DNA of 64,000 bases from an uncultured bacterium (GTDB taxonomy: Bacteria; Armatimonadota; Abditibacteriia; Abditibacteriales; Abditibacteriaceae), in assembly GCA_963843795.1 (NCBI GenBank), contig CAWJLW010000006.1:1736001-1800000 (forward strand), written 5' to 3'. The translations under genes and the position numbers were made by a program. The notes under the pieces were generated by a model. The model made no database searches, was not told where the DNA came from, and saw nothing but the letters and a program-made list of their open reading frames with translations. Below, in pieces: positions 1-10,167 of this stretch (positions within the stretch are counted from its first letter, which is position 1; each line of letters starts with the position of its first letter).

Positions 1-994
1 TACGAGTGAGGACATGGCGTGGCTGTGGAATGCACGCGTGAATGGTGGCGGCAGTGCGCCACGTTCCAACGTGCGTTCGGGCACGATTCTACGCGCGATT
101 TGTGCGCGTTACGATGAGAATCGAGAAGAAGCTCAGCGCGTTTTGACCGGTTTGCGTTGGGGTTTAATTCCGCGTACAACGAGCGCAGACGATGTGCGCG
201 CGGGCCATCGATTGGTATGGGCGCGGCGTGAAACCTTAACGCAGCGCGCCTCGTTTCGCAATTCGTTGCGCGCGCGACGTTGCGTGGTTCCGGTCAATGG
301 CTGGTTCGCTCGTGTGCGCGAAAATTTTTCGGATGACGCTGCCATCGAGCATCATTTATGGCTGCGTCCGCGCGATGGGCGAATGTGGTCGCTGGCCGGT
401 TTGTGGGACGAATGGACGGACGAAAACGAACGCGTCCGACGCACCTGTGCTCTGGTTTCGACTGCGCCCAATGCGCGCCTGGAGCGTTTAGGCGTGCGGA
501 TGCCCGCGATTTTGGACGAAAACGCGGCGCGCGTCTGGTTAGACGGACGCGAACACGGCGGCAAGTACTTGCAGACCTTAGCAAGCACCATTTCTTCGCG
601 CGAATTAGACATTTCGGTGGTCGCGTCTCCGCGCTGGCGCGAGCAGGACGACGAAAGTTTGCTGGAAGCCGTGCCCGATTCGGACGAAATTATTCAACGT
701 TTGGGCTTGGCACGCGAGCGCAAAGTTCCCCAGATGAGGCGACAATTGCGGCGCGATTGGCATTCGCCAGATGGTCAGGTTTTCTTCAAAATGCGCTCTT
801 TAACGCGCGATGACGATACGCGCTGGCATCCGGTGGTTGACACCGGTGACGGCCGCGTGTTCTGCGATTGCCCCGATTTTCATTATCGCCACGCGCGCTT
901 TCGACCCGATGTGTGGATGCCGCAGCATTGGTGCAAACACGTCGAGCGCGCGGTCAATAATTGTGTAAAACACGGCGATTTGATTGCAGCTTAA
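1..994 (+). CDS. SRAP (SOS response-associated peptidase, YedK/HMCES-like) domain protein with C-terminal SWIM-type Zn finger; probably 5'-truncated by the window edge
   Basis: SRAP motifs RWGLIP, ARRET, RRCVVPVNG, LAGLWD and RMPAIL. C-terminal CDCPDF...WCKH matches SWIM CxC...CxH. The frame is open back to position 2 and the N-terminal MCGR-type start is not seen. Confidence 0.8.
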   Translation, partial: TSEDMAWLWNARVNGGGSAPRSNVRSGTILRAICARYDENREEAQRVLTGLRWGLIPRTTSADDVRAGHRLVWARRETLTQRASFRNSLRARRCVVPVNGWFARVRENFSDDAAIEHHLWLRPRDGRMWSLAGLWDEWTDENERVRRTCALVSTAPNARLERLGVRMPAILDENAARVWLDGREHGGKYLQTLASTISSRELDISVVASPRWREQDDESLLEAVPDSDEIIQRLGLARERKVPQMRRQLRRDWHSPDGQVFFKMRSLTRDDDTRWHPVVDTGDGRVFCDCPDFHYRHARFRPDVWMPQHWCKHVERAVNNCVKHGDLIAA

Positions 995-998
995 GGCG

Positions 999-1034
999 AA
1001 AAAGCATTGTGCAAGTACTTGCACAATGCTTTTT
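999..1034. terminator. Bidirectional terminator-like 36-bp perfect palindrome centred on the 12-mer
   Basis: AAAAAGCATTGTGCAAGTACTTGCACAATGCTTTTT, between convergent genes, with A/T tracts on both sides. Confidence 0.8.
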
Positions 1035-1121
1035 GACAGGCTGAATCGCTTAGCCATATCAAAATAGAGTTAAAGTCCACAAAACGTTTTCGAAGAAATA
1101 GTGCTAAGCAGCGTGAAATGA

Positions 1122-3194
1122 TCACGCATTTGTACTGTTCTCATCGCTTTCAATGGCTAAAATCGCCACGCCATACGCGGGCATGGCGATCTGGTTTTCA
1201 TATTCTAGTCCACCAATCAAATCAGTGAATTTCGCTTGTGGCAGCGAAACTGTCACCGCAGCGGCATTGTGATTCAACAGATAAAACAAACTTTGGCCAT
1301 CAGACGAAACGCGTTCGGTGATTTCCAGATTGGCAATTGGCGCGATTTGCAGCGGCGGCGCGATATTTTTCTCCGCGCACAGTTGTGCCAAAATTCCTGA
1401 TAAAGCCGCGCTTTCAGGAACTGTCGCCAGATAATACGCGCGCCCTTTGCCGAAATCGTTTACCGTCAGCGCCGCCTCACCTACGTAGAAATTTTCACCA
1501 TAAGTCGCCAAAACCTGCGCACCTTCTGTATGAATGCGGTCGCACAACGTGCCGCAATGATAAGAACCGTTCAGTTCGCCAAATGCCTTATCGAAAACCA
1601 GATGGTTGCTTTCGGCGGGTGAAAGCACATCAAGTTCTTCCGACCAAATTCCCAATAATTTTCGTAGAGGGCCGGGATAGCCACCCAGAAACGCCAGATC
1701 GTTTTCATCGACGATACCGCTGAAATACGTCGTCAAAAACGTGCCGCCGTTAGAAACGAACGCTTCCAGTTTTTCCGCAATGCCCGGCTTGACCATGCAC
1801 AGAACCGGCGCCACCACTAAATCGTAACCGCTTAAATCTGCATCGGGTGAAACCACGTCGGCGCCGATGCCATTTTGGTGCAGTGCGCCGTAGAATTGCA
1901 GGCACTGTGGCACATATTTCATATCGACCGAAGGTCCGGACGCGTTTTCAATCGCCCACCAATTTTCCCAATCAAATAGAAGTGCCACGCGCGATTGAAC
2001 GCGCCCGCCCAGTGTCCGCGCGCCCAAACTTTCCAGTTCGCGCCCTAATTCCGCGACTTCTTGAAACACGCGCGCGTTGGGATTGCCCGAATGCTCGACG
2101 ACTGCGCCGTGAAACTTTTCGCACGCCCCGCGCGAGCGACGCCACTGAAAATACATCACCGTGTCCGCGCCATGGGCCATCGCCTGATAGCTCCACAGAC
2201 GCATCACGCCGGGCGCTTTGAGCATATTATACGCCTGCCAGTTTTGCTGCGAAGGCGTCTGCTCCATCAACATCCACGATTGCCCTTCCTTTAAACCACG
2301 CATCACGCTGTGCTGAAACGCGATTTCAAACGGTTTGGCGCCACGCTGGGGATAACAATCCCACGAAACGATGTCCAGCTCGCGCGCCCATTTGTGATAA
2401 TCGAGCGTTTTGAACGTGCCCATCATGTTAGTCGTGATTGGTAGGGAAATTTCAAACTCGCGCACCGCGTCGCGCTCGGCGCAGCAGCAACCGAGCAAAC
2501 TTTGCGAAGCGAAGCGTTGATAATCGAGCGTCAAACCCTGCATCGAGCCTTCGCCATTGGAAGTCGGCGGCTCAATCTGCGACCAATCGGTATAGGTGTG
2601 GCCCCAAAAACTCGTATACCAACGCCGATTGACTTCTTCCAAACTGCCATAACGTTCTTGCAACCACACCCGAAACGCTTGTCCGCACTTTTCGCAAAAA
2701 CAAGTCGGACCGTATTCATTGCCGATGTGCCACGCGACGATGGCAGGATGATTTCCATAACGCTCGGCCAATTTACGCGCCAGATTCACCGACAATCGCT
2801 GAAAGTTGGGCGAATGCGGGCAAAAAGTATGACGATTGCCATGTTTGAGCTGCTGCCCGTTGTGTGACACGCGCAGCACGTCGGGATATTTTTGGGCCAG
2901 CCATGCGGGAACAGAAGCCGTTGCCGTTGCCATGCAAACACTGACGCCGCCCGCGTGCAATTTGTCGATAATTTGATCGAGCCAATCGAAATCGAATGTT
3001 TCTTCATCGGGCTGTAAAGTCACCCAGCCAAAAACCGGCAGCGTGGCAACGTTAACGTGCGCGCGTTGCATCAATGCGACATCTTCGTCCCAAACTTCGA
3101 CCGGCCATTGTTCGGGATTGTAATCGGCACCGTGCAAAATCGACTTAAAAAATGGCGGTTCGGGCTGTGATAGCGAAGATTCTGAATGATTCAT
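1122..3194 (-). CDS. Beta-galactosidase, GH42
   Basis: GADYNPEQW, WHIGNEY (acid/base), LMEQTP (nucleophile), YFQWRRSRGACEKFHG and a C-terminal trimerisation domain. Confidence 0.95.
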   Translation of the reverse strand: MNHSESSLSQPEPPFFKSILHGADYNPEQWPVEVWDEDVALMQRAHVNVATLPVFGWVTLQPDEETFDFDWLDQIIDKLHAGGVSVCMATATASVPAWLAQKYPDVLRVSHNGQQLKHGNRHTFCPHSPNFQRLSVNLARKLAERYGNHPAIVAWHIGNEYGPTCFCEKCGQAFRVWLQERYGSLEEVNRRWYTSFWGHTYTDWSQIEPPTSNGEGSMQGLTLDYQRFASQSLLGCCCAERDAVREFEISLPITTNMMGTFKTLDYHKWARELDIVSWDCYPQRGAKPFEIAFQHSVMRGLKEGQSWMLMEQTPSQQNWQAYNMLKAPGVMRLWSYQAMAHGADTVMYFQWRRSRGACEKFHGAVVEHSGNPNARVFQEVAELGRELESLGARTLGGRVQSRVALLFDWENWWAIENASGPSVDMKYVPQCLQFYGALHQNGIGADVVSPDADLSGYDLVVAPVLCMVKPGIAEKLEAFVSNGGTFLTTYFSGIVDENDLAFLGGYPGPLRKLLGIWSEELDVLSPAESNHLVFDKAFGELNGSYHCGTLCDRIHTEGAQVLATYGENFYVGEAALTVNDFGKGRAYYLATVPESAALSGILAQLCAEKNIAPPLQIAPIANLEITERVSSDGQSLFYLLNHNAAAVTVSLPQAKFTDLIGGLEYENQIAMPAYGVAILAIESDENSTNA

Positions 3195-3261
3195 AATTTT
3201 GAAAAAGTGCTAATTGAATAGTGCAACTAACTGCGGGGAACAACACGGTAAATCACAACAC

Positions 3262-3293
3262 AAAGGCTTCTGCAAGTACTTGCAGAAGCCTTT
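3262..3293. terminator. Terminator-like hairpin centred on the 12-mer
   Basis: AAAGGCTTCTGCAAGTACTTGCAGAAGCCTTT directly downstream of the GH29 gene. Confidence 0.7.
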
Positions 3294-3308
3294 TTTGAGA
3301 TCATAGGT

Positions 3309-5333
3309 TTAACTCAGAGGAACCAAGCGCAAACCACGCAGATTGATTGCCTGCCAATTTGGCGCATCGGGCCGCACTTCCACCGCAATCGTGCCCGCTT
3401 GTGGAATATTGATTTCGCCAACATCAACGGTTTGATATTTCGTCCAATCGCCCGTGTTTATTGCTTTGAGGTTCAGCGTTTGTCCGGCGATTTTTACTGA
3501 CAATTGCGCGCCATTGTTCACCGCAGCGATTTCCGCACTCAACCGATACTTTCCGGCGCGTTCGATTTTCACTTTTTCCCACGAAATCCACTCGCTCGCG
3601 TTGTCCCAGAAACCGATATTGCGCTTGTCGTCTGGCCCTTCCAAATTCACTTTCTCGCCGTGCAATTGAGCTTTTTCCACGCTCAATTTCAACGCGCCCT
3701 CTTTGCCCGGCACGACGGTTTGATCGGGCGGAGGGAGAAGTACTTGCAGCCATTTTTTGCGCGCTGCCTCATCCAAACGTGCGCTTTTTAAACCAGTGAT
3801 TTTGAAAACTACTGCATGCTGCGTTGGCGCCTTATCTGGCAATTGAATTTCTAAGCCTTGAGCCGTGCGCATCCATTTCACTTTGCCTTTAAAACCCAAA
3901 AGCGTGACTTGATTTGGGCCGCGCGCGACGCCGGGCGAGTCCAACGCGAGCGCTTTGATAAGGGCGCGTTTATCATCGGGCCAGCCCAGCATTATGGCAT
4001 ATAATACGCCATTTTTCGTGGTGAATCGAATGTCTTGCGCAGAATAATTCAGTTTGCTTTCGTTGAAATTTCCGCTGCTAATGGAAGGCGCGCCTTCACC
4101 AAAAACCGTCCACGGGCGCGTGCCAAAAATGGCTTCGCCGTTAGTTGGCATCCACGCAGCCAATTCATCTAAAATGCGGCGCGGTTCGGCGTCCAAGCCG
4201 CCATCGGGACGCTGCACGATATTTAAGAGCAGGTTGCCGTTTTTGCTCACGATGTCGCACAGCATTTGAATCACGGTCGCGGGCGTTTTGTAGCTATCTT
4301 TGCGGCGATAATACCAGTCGCCAATCGAAGTGTCGGTCTGCCACGGCTGCGGATTGATACCGTCCATCACGCCGCGCTCTAAATCCTGCACCCAACGTCC
4401 ATCGCTGCTTTGCTTGCAATTGTAAACCGCCGTCAATTTGCCGCCATTTCGCCGCATATTGGCGTTGTAGAAATGCGCGACGAGCGGCAAACCGGCGTCA
4501 TCGGCAAAGGGAAATCCACTGTCGGAATACAGCAAATCGGGCTGATATTTGTCGACCAAATCTTTGATGCGATTAAACCATTCGCGATGATTGGCCGCGT
4601 TCGTTGTGAGCCAACCTTTGTCATCGGGAGCTGAGGGACGATGATACAAATCCTGCCATTGCACATCTGCGCCATCATAGGGCACGCCCGCCATAACGCC
4701 GGTTCTATCGGATTGATGAGCGACTTGAAACCAGTTGAAGCTCGCGCCCAGATGTTCGGAAACGCCAAATGGCAAGCCACGTTTTTTGGCCGCTTTCTGC
4801 CATTCGCCAACAATATCGCGCTTTGGCCCGATTTTCGTGGCGTTCCAGCGCGGCTGAAATTTGGAGTTCCATAAGTCGAAATTGTCGTGATGCACGCCCA
4901 TCGAAACGAAATAGTGCGCGCCCGCTTTCACGTATAAATCCATCAATTGTTCCGGCTGCCACTGCTCGGCCTTCCACAGCGGAATGATATCTTTATAACC
5001 GCTTTGCGAGGGATGACCATAATCTTTGACGTGCTGCACATACGCATCGCCGTTGGGTTCATACATGCGGCGCGCATACCAATCGCCCATCATCGGCACC
5101 GCTTGTGGCCCCCAGTGCGACCAGATGCCGAACTTGGCATCGCGGAACCAAGGCGGGCATTGATACCCTTGCAGCGAATCGAACGAGGCCGCGAAAGGGC
5201 CGGACGCCATTTGCGCAACAGTTTCTGCACGCACGGTTCGAGTGGAAATTTCTTGTGCCATTGAAGGTTGCGAAGCGAACAGCAGCGATAGCGCAACAGT
5301 GCAGCAGGCGTAGGATTGAGTGATGGAATTCAT
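3309..5333 (-). CDS. Alpha-L-fucosidase GH29 with signal peptide and C-terminal CBM-like beta-sandwich
   Basis: PWFRDAKFGIWSHWG, HHDNFDLW, LLYSD, DIVSKNGNLLLN and NGEAIFGTRPW. The C-terminal IGFW...TGDW pattern is CBM6/35-like. Confidence 0.92.
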   Translation of the reverse strand: MNSITQSYACCTVALSLLFASQPSMAQEISTRTVRAETVAQMASGPFAASFDSLQGYQCPPWFRDAKFGIWSHWGPQAVPMMGDWYARRMYEPNGDAYVQHVKDYGHPSQSGYKDIIPLWKAEQWQPEQLMDLYVKAGAHYFVSMGVHHDNFDLWNSKFQPRWNATKIGPKRDIVGEWQKAAKKRGLPFGVSEHLGASFNWFQVAHQSDRTGVMAGVPYDGADVQWQDLYHRPSAPDDKGWLTTNAANHREWFNRIKDLVDKYQPDLLYSDSGFPFADDAGLPLVAHFYNANMRRNGGKLTAVYNCKQSSDGRWVQDLERGVMDGINPQPWQTDTSIGDWYYRRKDSYKTPATVIQMLCDIVSKNGNLLLNIVQRPDGGLDAEPRRILDELAAWMPTNGEAIFGTRPWTVFGEGAPSISSGNFNESKLNYSAQDIRFTTKNGVLYAIMLGWPDDKRALIKALALDSPGVARGPNQVTLLGFKGKVKWMRTAQGLEIQLPDKAPTQHAVVFKITGLKSARLDEAARKKWLQVLLPPPDQTVVPGKEGALKLSVEKAQLHGEKVNLEGPDDKRNIGFWDNASEWISWEKVKIERAGKYRLSAEIAAVNNGAQLSVKIAGQTLNLKAINTGDWTKYQTVDVGEINIPQAGTIAVEVRPDAPNWQAINLRGLRLVPLS

Positions 5334-5366
5334 GATAATTTCTGTGCGCTTAGAGATTCAAAAGCA

Positions 5367-5404
5367 AAAAAAGTGTTCGACAAGTACTTGCCGAACACTT
5401 TTTT
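5367..5404. terminator. Terminator-like hairpin centred on CAAGTACTTG (one mismatch)
   Basis: AAAAAAGTGTTCG-A-CAAGTACTTG-C-CGAACACTTTTTT downstream of folP. Confidence 0.75.
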
Positions 5405-5430
5405 ATAAGAACCGATTGACAGTTAAATTT

Positions 5431-6309
5431 TCAAACCGAAGGCACTTTTTCCATGTTGGCATCACCAATAATCGCATCGCAAACACGCGCCACGTCGCGC
5501 ATCGCTTTCACATCGTGAACGCGCACGATTTGCGAACCGTTGGCAATCGCGAGGGCAACTGTGGCCGCCGTGCCCATCAAACGCTTTTCAACCGGTGCAT
5601 CATCGAGAATTTTGCCAATCGTCGATTTGCGGCTCGTCGCCGAAACCAGCGGACGACCGCACGCCAGAAGTTCGCGTCCGCGCGCGATGATGGCCAGGTT
5701 TTCTGCGACCGATTTACCAAAACCAAAGCCCGCATCCAAGGCAATGCGCTGGTTCTCAATGCCCGCTGCGCGTGCTGCATTTAATTGCTGGTTCCAGAAA
5801 TCGAGTATTTCCGCGATGACATCGGCGTGCGCGTTTTCAGACTGTTGGCTCCATTGCATGAATTGTGGCGTGCCGCGCAAGTGCATCAAAACCACGCCGC
5901 AAGTACTTGCAGAGAGCGTTTCCAGCATCTTGTCATCGAAAGTCGCGCCGGAAATGTCGTTGATAATATCCGCGCCCGCATTCAAAGCAGCATTCGCGAC
6001 CTGACTTTTCGTAGTGTCAATGGAAATTGCAATTTTTTCTGCGCCCGAATGCGCGCGCAAACGTTCGACAAGTGGCACGACGCGCGCGATTTCTTCTTCC
6101 AGCGAAACCGGCGTCGCTCCGGGTCGCGTGCTTTCGCCACCAATATCGAGAATGTCGGCGCCTTCGTCAATTTGTCGCAGCGCGTGGGTCAGGGCATTTT
6201 CGCGCGAACGCCCGTCGCCGGAAAACGAATCGGGCGCGGTATTAACGATGCCCATCACCAGCGTGCGCTGAGAAGTTTCAAAGCGAAAACGATTACAAAT
6301 CCATTGCAT
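5431..6309 (-). CDS. folP: Dihydropteroate synthase
   Basis: MGIVNTAPDSFS, DIGGESTRPG, INDIS, SRKS and IVRVHDV. Start set at MQWICN (6309). Confidence 0.95.
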   Translation of the reverse strand: MQWICNRFRFETSQRTLVMGIVNTAPDSFSGDGRSRENALTHALRQIDEGADILDIGGESTRPGATPVSLEEEIARVVPLVERLRAHSGAEKIAISIDTTKSQVANAALNAGADIINDISGATFDDKMLETLSASTCGVVLMHLRGTPQFMQWSQQSENAHADVIAEILDFWNQQLNAARAAGIENQRIALDAGFGFGKSVAENLAIIARGRELLACGRPLVSATSRKSTIGKILDDAPVEKRLMGTAATVALAIANGSQIVRVHDVKAMRDVARVCDAIIGDANMEKVPSV

Positions 6310-6344
6310 AATACGGAGGTTGAAATTTCGGAGGTTGAAATTAA

Positions 6345-6380
6345 AAATTTCGCCGTGCAAGTACTTGCACGGCGAAATTT
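6345..6380. terminator. 36-bp perfect palindrome centred on the 12-mer
   Basis: AAATTTCGCCGTGCAAGTACTTGCACGGCGAAATTT between the TPR gene and folP. Confidence 0.6.
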
Positions 6381-6396
6381 CAATTTGTCGTTGATT

Positions 6397-7185
6397 TTAG
6401 TGCATCCGTGGCGGTGGCGGCGTTTCATCGGCGCTGCCGTCCCACACCATTTGGCGCAGCGTTTCGCGCCCACTTTCGCTGAGATAAAACGCGCTTTCGT
6501 TCAGCGTGGCTTCCATGTCGCGTTCGAGATGCAATCCGAAAATGCGCTGTTCGCCCGCGCGCAGCAAAATCTGTTGAATTTGTGCGCGATCCAAGGATTC
6601 AATCGCCGCTTCGGCGTCGCTTGCAAACATCGAATCGGGCGCGAGAGCCAGAACATATTCGAATTCGCGCACCGCTTCACCGCTCTGCCCTTGCGCTTGG
6701 AGCAGAGACGCCAAACGCATACGGTGCAGCGGGTCGCGCGGCGACAAAATCAAAACCCGGCGGACTTCTTCAATCGCCGCCTCAAATTCGCCTTCGTGCG
6801 CTAAAGAAGTTGCTAGCATATCGCGCACGTTGTGCATTCCGCGCATTGGGTGAGGAGCAATTTCCAAAATGTGCTCGCACACTTCGCGCGTCTGTGCCCA
6901 ATCTTGTGTTTCGTATAAGTTTTCGGCCAGCGCCTTCCACAAAGGCAAAGCGTGTGCTTTATCGGCGTGAGTTTCGTCGTGGCACTCGAGCGCGTAGCGC
7001 AGCGTTTTTTGCGCATCTTTGGGCCGCGCATCGCGTGTTTCCCACTGCGCGATTTGCAGCCACAGTTCCAACGCGCCGGGCGCGGCCTCGGCGACGGGCC
7101 TCAAGAGCTGTGCGGCCATCGCCCATTCGTCGCGCTCGGCTAATTCGCGCGCCACATCCAAAATTTCGTTCAGTGATTCCGCCAT
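6397..7185 (-). CDS. Tetratricopeptide-repeat protein
   Basis: Repeated helical TPR-like units (LA..L...G....A...F..VL.LAP). Confidence 0.75.
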   Translation of the reverse strand: MAESLNEILDVARELAERDEWAMAAQLLRPVAEAAPGALELWLQIAQWETRDARPKDAQKTLRYALECHDETHADKAHALPLWKALAENLYETQDWAQTREVCEHILEIAPHPMRGMHNVRDMLATSLAHEGEFEAAIEEVRRVLILSPRDPLHRMRLASLLQAQGQSGEAVREFEYVLALAPDSMFASDAEAAIESLDRAQIQQILLRAGEQRIFGLHLERDMEATLNESAFYLSESGRETLRQMVWDGSADETPPPPRMH

Positions 7186-7194
7186 AACTATCAG

Positions 7195-7803
7195 TTAATC
7201 AAATTCGCTTTCGTATCGCCGCGCCAGTTCATAGGCCACAATGCCAAATGCCACGCTCACGTTCAGCGAATTTTTCAGTCCGCGCATCGGCAAATGCACC
7301 GTCGCATCGCAGCGCGCCATCACATCTTCGCTTAAACCTTCAGCCTCGTTTCCCATCACAATCGCGACCGGAAATTGCAAAGCGAAATTTTTCAACGGCA
7401 CACTATGTTCGCTCAGTTCGATGGCAAGTACTTGCATGCCATTTTCGCGCGCTTCTTCAATGGCATCAAAGACTGATTCGCTGTGTCGCCACGGCACGAC
7501 CTCAGTCGATTCCAAAGCTGTTTTATCCAGATGTTTATGTGGTGGCTGCGGCGTGTATTCGCATAAAACCAATTCGCCCAGATTCGCTCCATCGGCGGTG
7601 CGAAACATCGAACCGACGTTGTGCGCTGAACGAATACGATCCAAAATAGCGCAGATCGGCAAACGTGGCAACGCTTTGGCCTCTGCAAGCTCCATGCGGT
7701 CGCGCCCACATTCGTTGCGCACCCAGAACTGTTCTTGCAAACGCTTGTTCCAATGCGCGGGCGGGCCTTGTGAAGTTTGGGATAGAGGAAAATTTTCGCT
7801 CAT
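7195..7803 (-). CDS. SpoU/TrmH-family RNA 2'-O-methyltransferase
   Basis: HNVGSMFRTAD, VMGNEAEGL and SLNVSVA SPOUT motifs. Confidence 0.9.
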   Translation of the reverse strand: MSENFPLSQTSQGPPAHWNKRLQEQFWVRNECGRDRMELAEAKALPRLPICAILDRIRSAHNVGSMFRTADGANLGELVLCEYTPQPPHKHLDKTALESTEVVPWRHSESVFDAIEEARENGMQVLAIELSEHSVPLKNFALQFPVAIVMGNEAEGLSEDVMARCDATVHLPMRGLKNSLNVSVAFGIVAYELARRYESEFD

Positions 7804-7869
7804 GGTATTCTTTGTCCTGACGCTTTAGAGAAACACAAAAAAGCGAGGGCGAAATCGCCCCCGCTTCGC

Positions 7870-7916
7870 TCCGCAAGCACTTGCAGTCTATTTTCGCACT
7901 GCAAGTACTTGCGGAC
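7870..7916. repeat. Inverted-repeat hairpin built from two copies of the palindrome (one variant), downstream of ftsH
   Basis: TCCGCAAGCACTTGCAGT...ACTGCAAGTACTTGCGGA. Confidence 0.7.
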
Positions 7917-7930
7917 AATATTCGGCGTTT

Positions 7931-9892
7931 TCAAGCGCCCGCCAGGCCGGGCGTTAAACCGCCGGGAGCACGAAAACCTGTTTCAGTTTCGGCGCTCACG
8001 CCCGCATCGGGCGTCGTGGGCGGAGTCGGGGGTTCGCTGGGCGTCAGCGTTGGCGGCTCCGGCTCATTTTTAATCAAACGATCCAATTCGTCGCCCCCAA
8101 TAGTTTCTTTTTCTAAAAGAGCGTTCACGATACGATCCAAGGCCGGACGATATTCGGTCAACATTTCGGTCGCGCGAGCGTAACAGCTATCGACGATCGA
8201 ACGCACTTCATTATCGATTTTGGCTGCGATTTCTTCCGAGTAATTGCGCTCTTCGTGAAAATCTTTGCCCAGAAAAACTGGGCCACTGCGACGACCCAAA
8301 GTCAACGGGCCTAAATTCTCGCTCATACCGAATTCGCACACCATGCGGCGCGCCGTATCGGTGCAGCGCTCAAGATCGTTCTGCGCGCCTGTCGTCACTT
8401 CGTTGAACACTAATTGCTCTGAAACGCGCCCACCCAGCAAGGAAGTCATTTCATCCAACATCTGCGATTGCGAGGTAAGGAAACGATCTTCGGAAGGCAA
8501 ATGTAGCGAGTAACCCAGCGCCATGCCACGCGGCAAAATCGTCACTTTATAAGTCGGATCGACATTCGGCAACAGCTTGCCCAAGAGCGCGTGGCCCGCT
8601 TCGTGATACGCCAGAATCGCTTTTTCGCGCTTTTGAATGATGCGACTTTTGCGTTCCGGACCAGCGACCACGCGTTCCAAACTTTCGTCCAGTTCACTCA
8701 CCGAAATCTGCTGCTTATTGCGGCGCGCCGCCAACAACGCGGCTTCATTGACCAAGTTGGCTAAATCGGCACCGGAAAAACCAGCTGTGCGCTTCGACAA
8801 GCTAACAATATCGACATCCGGACCGAGTGGCTTACCTTTAATGTGAACGTTAAGAATTTCCTGACGGCCTTTGGAATCGGGATTGTCAACAATGATTCGG
8901 CGGTCGAAACGACCGGGACGCGTCAAGGCAGGATCAAGAACGTCAGGACGGTTGGTCGCCGCCATCAAGATCACGCCTAAGTTCGGGTCGAAACCATCCA
9001 TCTCAACCAAAAGTTGGTTTAATGTCTGCTCGCGTTCATCGTGTCCGCCGCCCATACCAGCACCGCGATGGCGACCGACGGCGTCGATTTCGTCGATAAA
9101 TACAATCGCCGGACGATGCGCTTTGGCCTGATCGAACAAGTCGCGCACGCGGCTCGCGCCGACACCGACGAACATTTCAACGAAGTCGGAACCCGAAATA
9201 TGAAAGAAAGGCACGCCCGCTTCACCGGCCACTGCACGCGCCAGAAGCGTTTTACCAGTGCCGGGATTGCCCAGCAGCAGAACGCCGCGCGGGATTTTTG
9301 CGCCCAGAGCTTGGAACTTGTCGGGATTTTTTAAGAAGTCGATGATTTCCTGCAATTCCTGCTTGGCTTCATCGACACCAGCAACATCAGCGAAAGTGAC
9401 TTTAGCAGAAGAGTCGCTCAAACGACGCGCTTTGCTTTTGCCAAAAGACATCGCTTGCCCCGCGCCCGATTGGCTTTGTCTCAAGATAAAAAGCCAAAAA
9501 CCTATCAAAAGCAGAATCGGCAAAAAGGCGATGAGGCCGCTGACTAATGGACCGCTGAACGGCGGATTTTTGACTTCGAGCTTCAAATCCTTGCCGCCTT
9601 CTGCGACCGGCTTAGAGGCGGTTTCCAACATCGCCATTAGATTTTCGCGACCGCGCGCGGGCAGAATGACGTTGTAGGTCGTCTTTTCTTCGCCGGGCCG
9701 TTTGACTTCAGCCTTGTCGTCGATGATGGTGACGGCTGCCAACTTACCGGCAGCGGCCTGAGCATACATCTCGCCGTAAGCCATATCCTTCTCGTTGTTG
9801 TTGCTTTGCATGGTGCGGCTGAACAGCATTGCCGAAAGCAACACCAGCCCCAACAACAATCCCATGGATTTCAAAAAACGTGGTGCTCCCAA
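7931..9892 (-). CDS. ftsH: ATP-dependent zinc metalloprotease FtsH
   Basis: Two TM segments, Walker [22 protein letters not shown] and HEAGH. Confidence 0.98.
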   Translation of the reverse strand: MGAPRFLKSMGLLLGLVLLSAMLFSRTMQSNNNEKDMAYGEMYAQAAAGKLAAVTIIDDKAEVKRPGEEKTTYNVILPARGRENLMAMLETASKPVAEGGKDLKLEVKNPPFSGPLVSGLIAFLPILLLIGFWLFILRQSQSGAGQAMSFGKSKARRLSDSSAKVTFADVAGVDEAKQELQEIIDFLKNPDKFQALGAKIPRGVLLLGNPGTGKTLLARAVAGEAGVPFFHISGSDFVEMFVGVGASRVRDLFDQAKAHRPAIVFIDEIDAVGRHRGAGMGGGHDEREQTLNQLLVEMDGFDPNLGVILMAATNRPDVLDPALTRPGRFDRRIIVDNPDSKGRQEILNVHIKGKPLGPDVDIVSLSKRTAGFSGADLANLVNEAALLAARRNKQQISVSELDESLERVVAGPERKSRIIQKREKAILAYHEAGHALLGKLLPNVDPTYKVTILPRGMALGYSLHLPSEDRFLTSQSQMLDEMTSLLGGRVSEQLVFNEVTTGAQNDLERCTDTARRMVCEFGMSENLGPLTLGRRSGPVFLGKDFHEERNYSEEIAAKIDNEVRSIVDSCYARATEMLTEYRPALDRIVNALLEKETIGGDELDRLIKNEPEPPTLTPSEPPTPPTTPDAGVSAETETGFRAPGGLTPGLAGA

Positions 9893-10167
9893 AATGCGCC
9901 TCCTCAGGCTATCCTGCGCGCCAACCCACTGGCGCTTTCCAACTGTGTAACGTTATTGTGATGCGGCTAACGCAAGTTGTTCATTATACCATTTGAACGC
10001 ATTGCGGCCCGCCGTTTTCGAATTATTTTGCACACTCGTTTCTCGCATTTTCCGTAAAAATCACGATTTCCGTGCGCCCTCATCCATACTATTCCCAACC
10101 CGATGCGGTTCCCACCATTTGCACGCTTTTCGCCACAGAAAATCGCCGATCCGCCGCCAGTTCTCAC

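Noticed and set aside
5785..6804. Long antisense and alternate-frame ORFs (e.g. 5785-6804, 29666-30580, 9993-10760, 36364-37116, 41882-42649)
   Set aside because: They overlap well-supported genes on the opposite strand and have no recognisable motifs. They are typical shadow ORFs.
9967..10167. Possible hpt remnant or frameshifted TilS C-terminal domain between tilS and ftsH
   Set aside because: Translations of the gap show no HPRT or TilS-C motifs. It is likely the ftsH promoter region.
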